Assembly (NCBI GenBank): GCA_028820635.1
Contig: JAPPIG010000064.1
Span: 131,074 to 195,073 of the forward strand
DNA: 64,000 bases
Direction: 5' to 3'
Source of the DNA: Candidatus Poribacteria bacterium
Lineage (GTDB): Bacteria; Poribacteria; WGA-4E; WGA-3G
Shown piece by piece: positions 61,573-64,000 of this stretch. The notes beneath the pieces were generated by a model. It was not told where the DNA came from. It made no database searches and worked only from the letters and a program-made list of their open reading frames with translations. The first letter of the stretch is position 1. Every line of letters begins with the position of its first letter. Both the position numbers and the translations under genes were made by a program.

Positions 61573-62193
61573 TTATTCTTCCCATTCCTCATCAATTGTC
61601 TCACGGCTTGCCTGCATAAGAACACCACCAAGAAATATAAAGGCAATACCTCTTACCAAAATATGCCAATAGAAATCTACCCATGGTGTGAAGGTAACCG
61701 CAAAGACGATCGCAGAAAATATTAGTAAGTACGCAGAGACAGAATTTCCCCACGAACGCAAGGATACGCCATAGCAGAGGGCTGATACAGAAAATAAAAA
61801 TGCACTAATGAGTGTAAGTGCATTTCCCCATTCCTGCCATACTGTATTAAATGTATTTCCAAAATCTTCTGTTGCTGTTGTTTGTATTAATTGATTGACA
61901 GTTTTCAGCGGTGCAGTTTGGGAACAGTGTGCTATCAATTCCAATACGATCCAAAGTGTCGCGAACCCTACCCCTAAAAGAGTGCTTGTTTGTGCATCTT
62001 TTATGAGTAGAACAGTCGTAGCAACGATTGTTGGCACGACCAAAATAAGCATTACCACACTAACCCCATGCATAGCATCATGAGTGGACTCAGGTTGAAA
62101 ACCGAACCAATAACTTAAGAATATCATAGATAGTCCACTGAGAATAGATGTTACGCCACCGAGAAAACACAAATTTTTTGAATCATCGTTCAT
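61573..62193 (-). CDS. integral membrane protein (5-6 TM)
   Basis: Hydrophobic helices throughout. No assignable family. Confidence 0.55.
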   Translation of the reverse strand: MNDDSKNLCFLGGVTSILSGLSMIFLSYWFGFQPESTHDAMHGVSVVMLILVVPTIVATTVLLIKDAQTSTLLGVGFATLWIVLELIAHCSQTAPLKTVNQLIQTTATEDFGNTFNTVWQEWGNALTLISAFLFSVSALCYGVSLRSWGNSVSAYLLIFSAIVFAVTFTPWVDFYWHILVRGIAFIFLGGVLMQASRETIDEEWEE

Positions 62194-62701
62194 TTACATA
62201 ACCCCTTTATATTCCCTATATGTAAATTGGCAAAAATCTTAGGTATTCAGATACCTAATAGATTGAAGAATTCAATTATCTCGAAATTTCTACTGAGCAT
62301 AAATTCTGATTATACTACAAAACATATCGTGACAATCGAAGTGTATATACGAAATAATATATATAAGTAAAAGTGAAAATATAATAGCAATAAGTATACC
62401 TAAGAGCAACTTCTGAGTCAATTAAAACTCTCAAAAAACTATAATTCATGAAAATAGGGTTTTCAGTGTAAATTTCATTTTTCAATTTTTTATATAATCT
62501 TGCTTGCCTGATTTTATGCATAAAAATACATCAATCTTCGAAATACAAGATTCTGGGTTGACGAAGAATAGGAATGTTAGGTATAATCTATATAAAATGG
62601 ATGTTAACAAATAGACATTTTGCTGGGAGCGTTTTCAATAGTACTTGTAGACGCATCCATTCTATTGGTTTACAAAATTTTTAAAAAGTGACAAAGTGAC
62701 A

Positions 62702-64000
62702 ATGAATATTCAAAAAAACGTACTGATTGTAGATGCTGACCCTCGACAACGCGAGGCAATTTGCCAAGCACTTGATGGAGAAGGTCTCAATTTAATTGTC
62801 ACAGAGAACATGTATCAGGCTTTTCATCGGATTGAACATTTGACGATGGACATCCTGATTGCGCCTCTAAAAGCAGAACGGATTGATGGATTAGCCTTAT
62901 TAGAAGCTGCAACGCGTCATCATCCGGATGTTGGTATTATTTTTATTACGGCACCCAACGTTTTAGAAACCGATATCGGCATTAAGGCGATGCTGGCACA
63001 TGAGGGGACTTATTTTCTCTATAAACCGCTCAACCCTGTCCATTTGAAGGCACTCCTACATAAAACACTTCAGAATCAACGACTTACCTTTGAAAATAGA
63101 CAACTCCGATCACAAATTGACGAAAAGGAAGGGCTTTGCAGACTTACGGGAAAATCACCAGAAATCATACAGATTCGGGAGATGATTACCCAAATTGCCC
63201 CGACAAAGGCAACGGTGATGATATACGGTGCGCGCGGCACCGGTAAAGAACTTGTGGCTCGTGCTATACACCATCGGAGTTTACGCCAGGGTAATCTTAT
63301 TGCCTTTAACTGTGCTACGCTCAACGAGAATTTGGCGGAATCCGAACTCTTCGGACATGAACGCGGGGCTTTTAGTGGGGCGTACAATCAACGTAAAGGC
63401 AGATTTGAACTCGCACACGGCGGCACGCTTTTCCTTGACGAAGTTTCTCAACTGAGTCTTTCCAATCAAGCACGGCTACTACGCGTACTTGAAGAACGTG
63501 AATTCGAACGCGTAGGAGGAGATAAAACAATTCAGGTGAATGTACGAATTATCTGTGCTACCAACCATGACTTAGAAGCTGCTTGTAGCAAAGGTAAATT
63601 TTTACACGATCTCTATGACCGGCTTAACGTCGTTTCCATTAACCTGCCAACACTTCAAGAACGGATTGAGGACATTCCATTGCTTGTTAAAGATTTTCTT
63701 GAGGAATTTAGTAGAGAAAATGGAAAAACATTGAGGACTCTTACGCCAGAAGCAGTTCGAGCGTTAATGAAATTCAATTGGCCCGGCAATGTACGGGAGT
63801 TGAAGAACTGCATTGAAGGGCTTGTTGTGATGTCAACACAAGAAACTTTACAACTGACAGACTTACCCGAACGTATTCTCAAGGCTATGGGAGAAACGAA
63901 TCCTATCATATCTTCTGTTCCAACCCTCCACAAGACAGATGCTTCTGGCAACGGAAGTTCCCATCTTAACGTTGAAGTTGGCATGTCGCTGGAAGAGATT
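62702..64000 (+). CDS. sigma-54-dependent response regulator (NtrC family), 3'-truncated by the window end
   Basis: Receiver domain VLIVDAD...; sigma-54 AAA+ domain GESGTGKE-like GARGTGKEL, GAFSGA, FELAHGGTLFLDEVSQL. The ORF runs off the window end. Confidence 0.85.
   Translation, partial: MNIQKNVLIVDADPRQREAICQALDGEGLNLIVTENMYQAFHRIEHLTMDILIAPLKAERIDGLALLEAATRHHPDVGIIFITAPNVLETDIGIKAMLAHEGTYFLYKPLNPVHLKALLHKTLQNQRLTFENRQLRSQIDEKEGLCRLTGKSPEIIQIREMITQIAPTKATVMIYGARGTGKELVARAIHHRSLRQGNLIAFNCATLNENLAESELFGHERGAFSGAYNQRKGRFELAHGGTLFLDEVSQLSLSNQARLLRVLEEREFERVGGDKTIQVNVRIICATNHDLEAACSKGKFLHDLYDRLNVVSINLPTLQERIEDIPLLVKDFLEEFSRENGKTLRTLTPEAVRALMKFNWPGNVRELKNCIEGLVVMSTQETLQLTDLPERILKAMGETNPIISSVPTLHKTDASGNGSSHLNVEVGMSLEEI

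Overview
This is a 64-kb bacterial chromosomal window of moderate GC content. Gene content points to an uncultivated, sulfatase-rich lineage (Planctomycetes/Poribacteria-like style: several sulfatases plus a formylglycine-generating enzyme (FGE), FG-GAP/ASPIC proteins, TPR proteins, an archaeal/eukaryal-type RtcB, and many Gfo/Idh/MocA oxidoreductases). The taxonomic guess is low confidence. I found no rRNA, tRNA or CRISPR.

Housekeeping genes I recognise: rpoD, recQ, larC, ppdK, sodC, uxuA, pyrR-pyrC-carA-carB, an MsbA-like ABC exporter, a ThiF/MoeB E1, two rhodaneses, and a sigma-54 activator truncated at the window end. Several families of small palindromic REP/MITE-like repeats (core GTAGGAGCGATCTCCGAATCGCGAC, flanked by CAGAGNCATTCAATTG inverted repeats) litter the intergenic regions. 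There is also an ISAs1-like IS with a derived MITE, and an IS630 with a frameshifted transposase.

The most interesting locus is a co-oriented minus-strand cluster at about 24.1-31.9 kb. It contains three tandem PspA/IM30 (bacterial ESCRT-III superfamily) paralogs, one of them decaying; a membrane protein built from 11-aa GxIAIGG repeats; a two-TM coiled-coil protein; a 607-aa protein with no recognisable domain; and a classical-clade AAA ATPase carrying about 330 aa of unknown N-terminal sequence. This arrangement is reminiscent of an ESCRT-III/Vps4-like membrane-remodelling module with novel partners.

Secondary candidates:
- A Gly-Gly-terminated 192-aa protein translationally coupled to the ThiF-like E1, with a rhodanese nearby and small proteins behind a duplicated consensus promoter.
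- A degraded defense-like island at 42.5-45.4 kb: an HEPN-like Rx4H protein, a truncated helicase N-terminus and IS630. A Uma2 endonuclease gene lies about 3 kb away at 39.0-39.6 kb.

All coordinates follow the supplied ORF track. Several trimmed starts are my own estimates, accurate to within a few nt.
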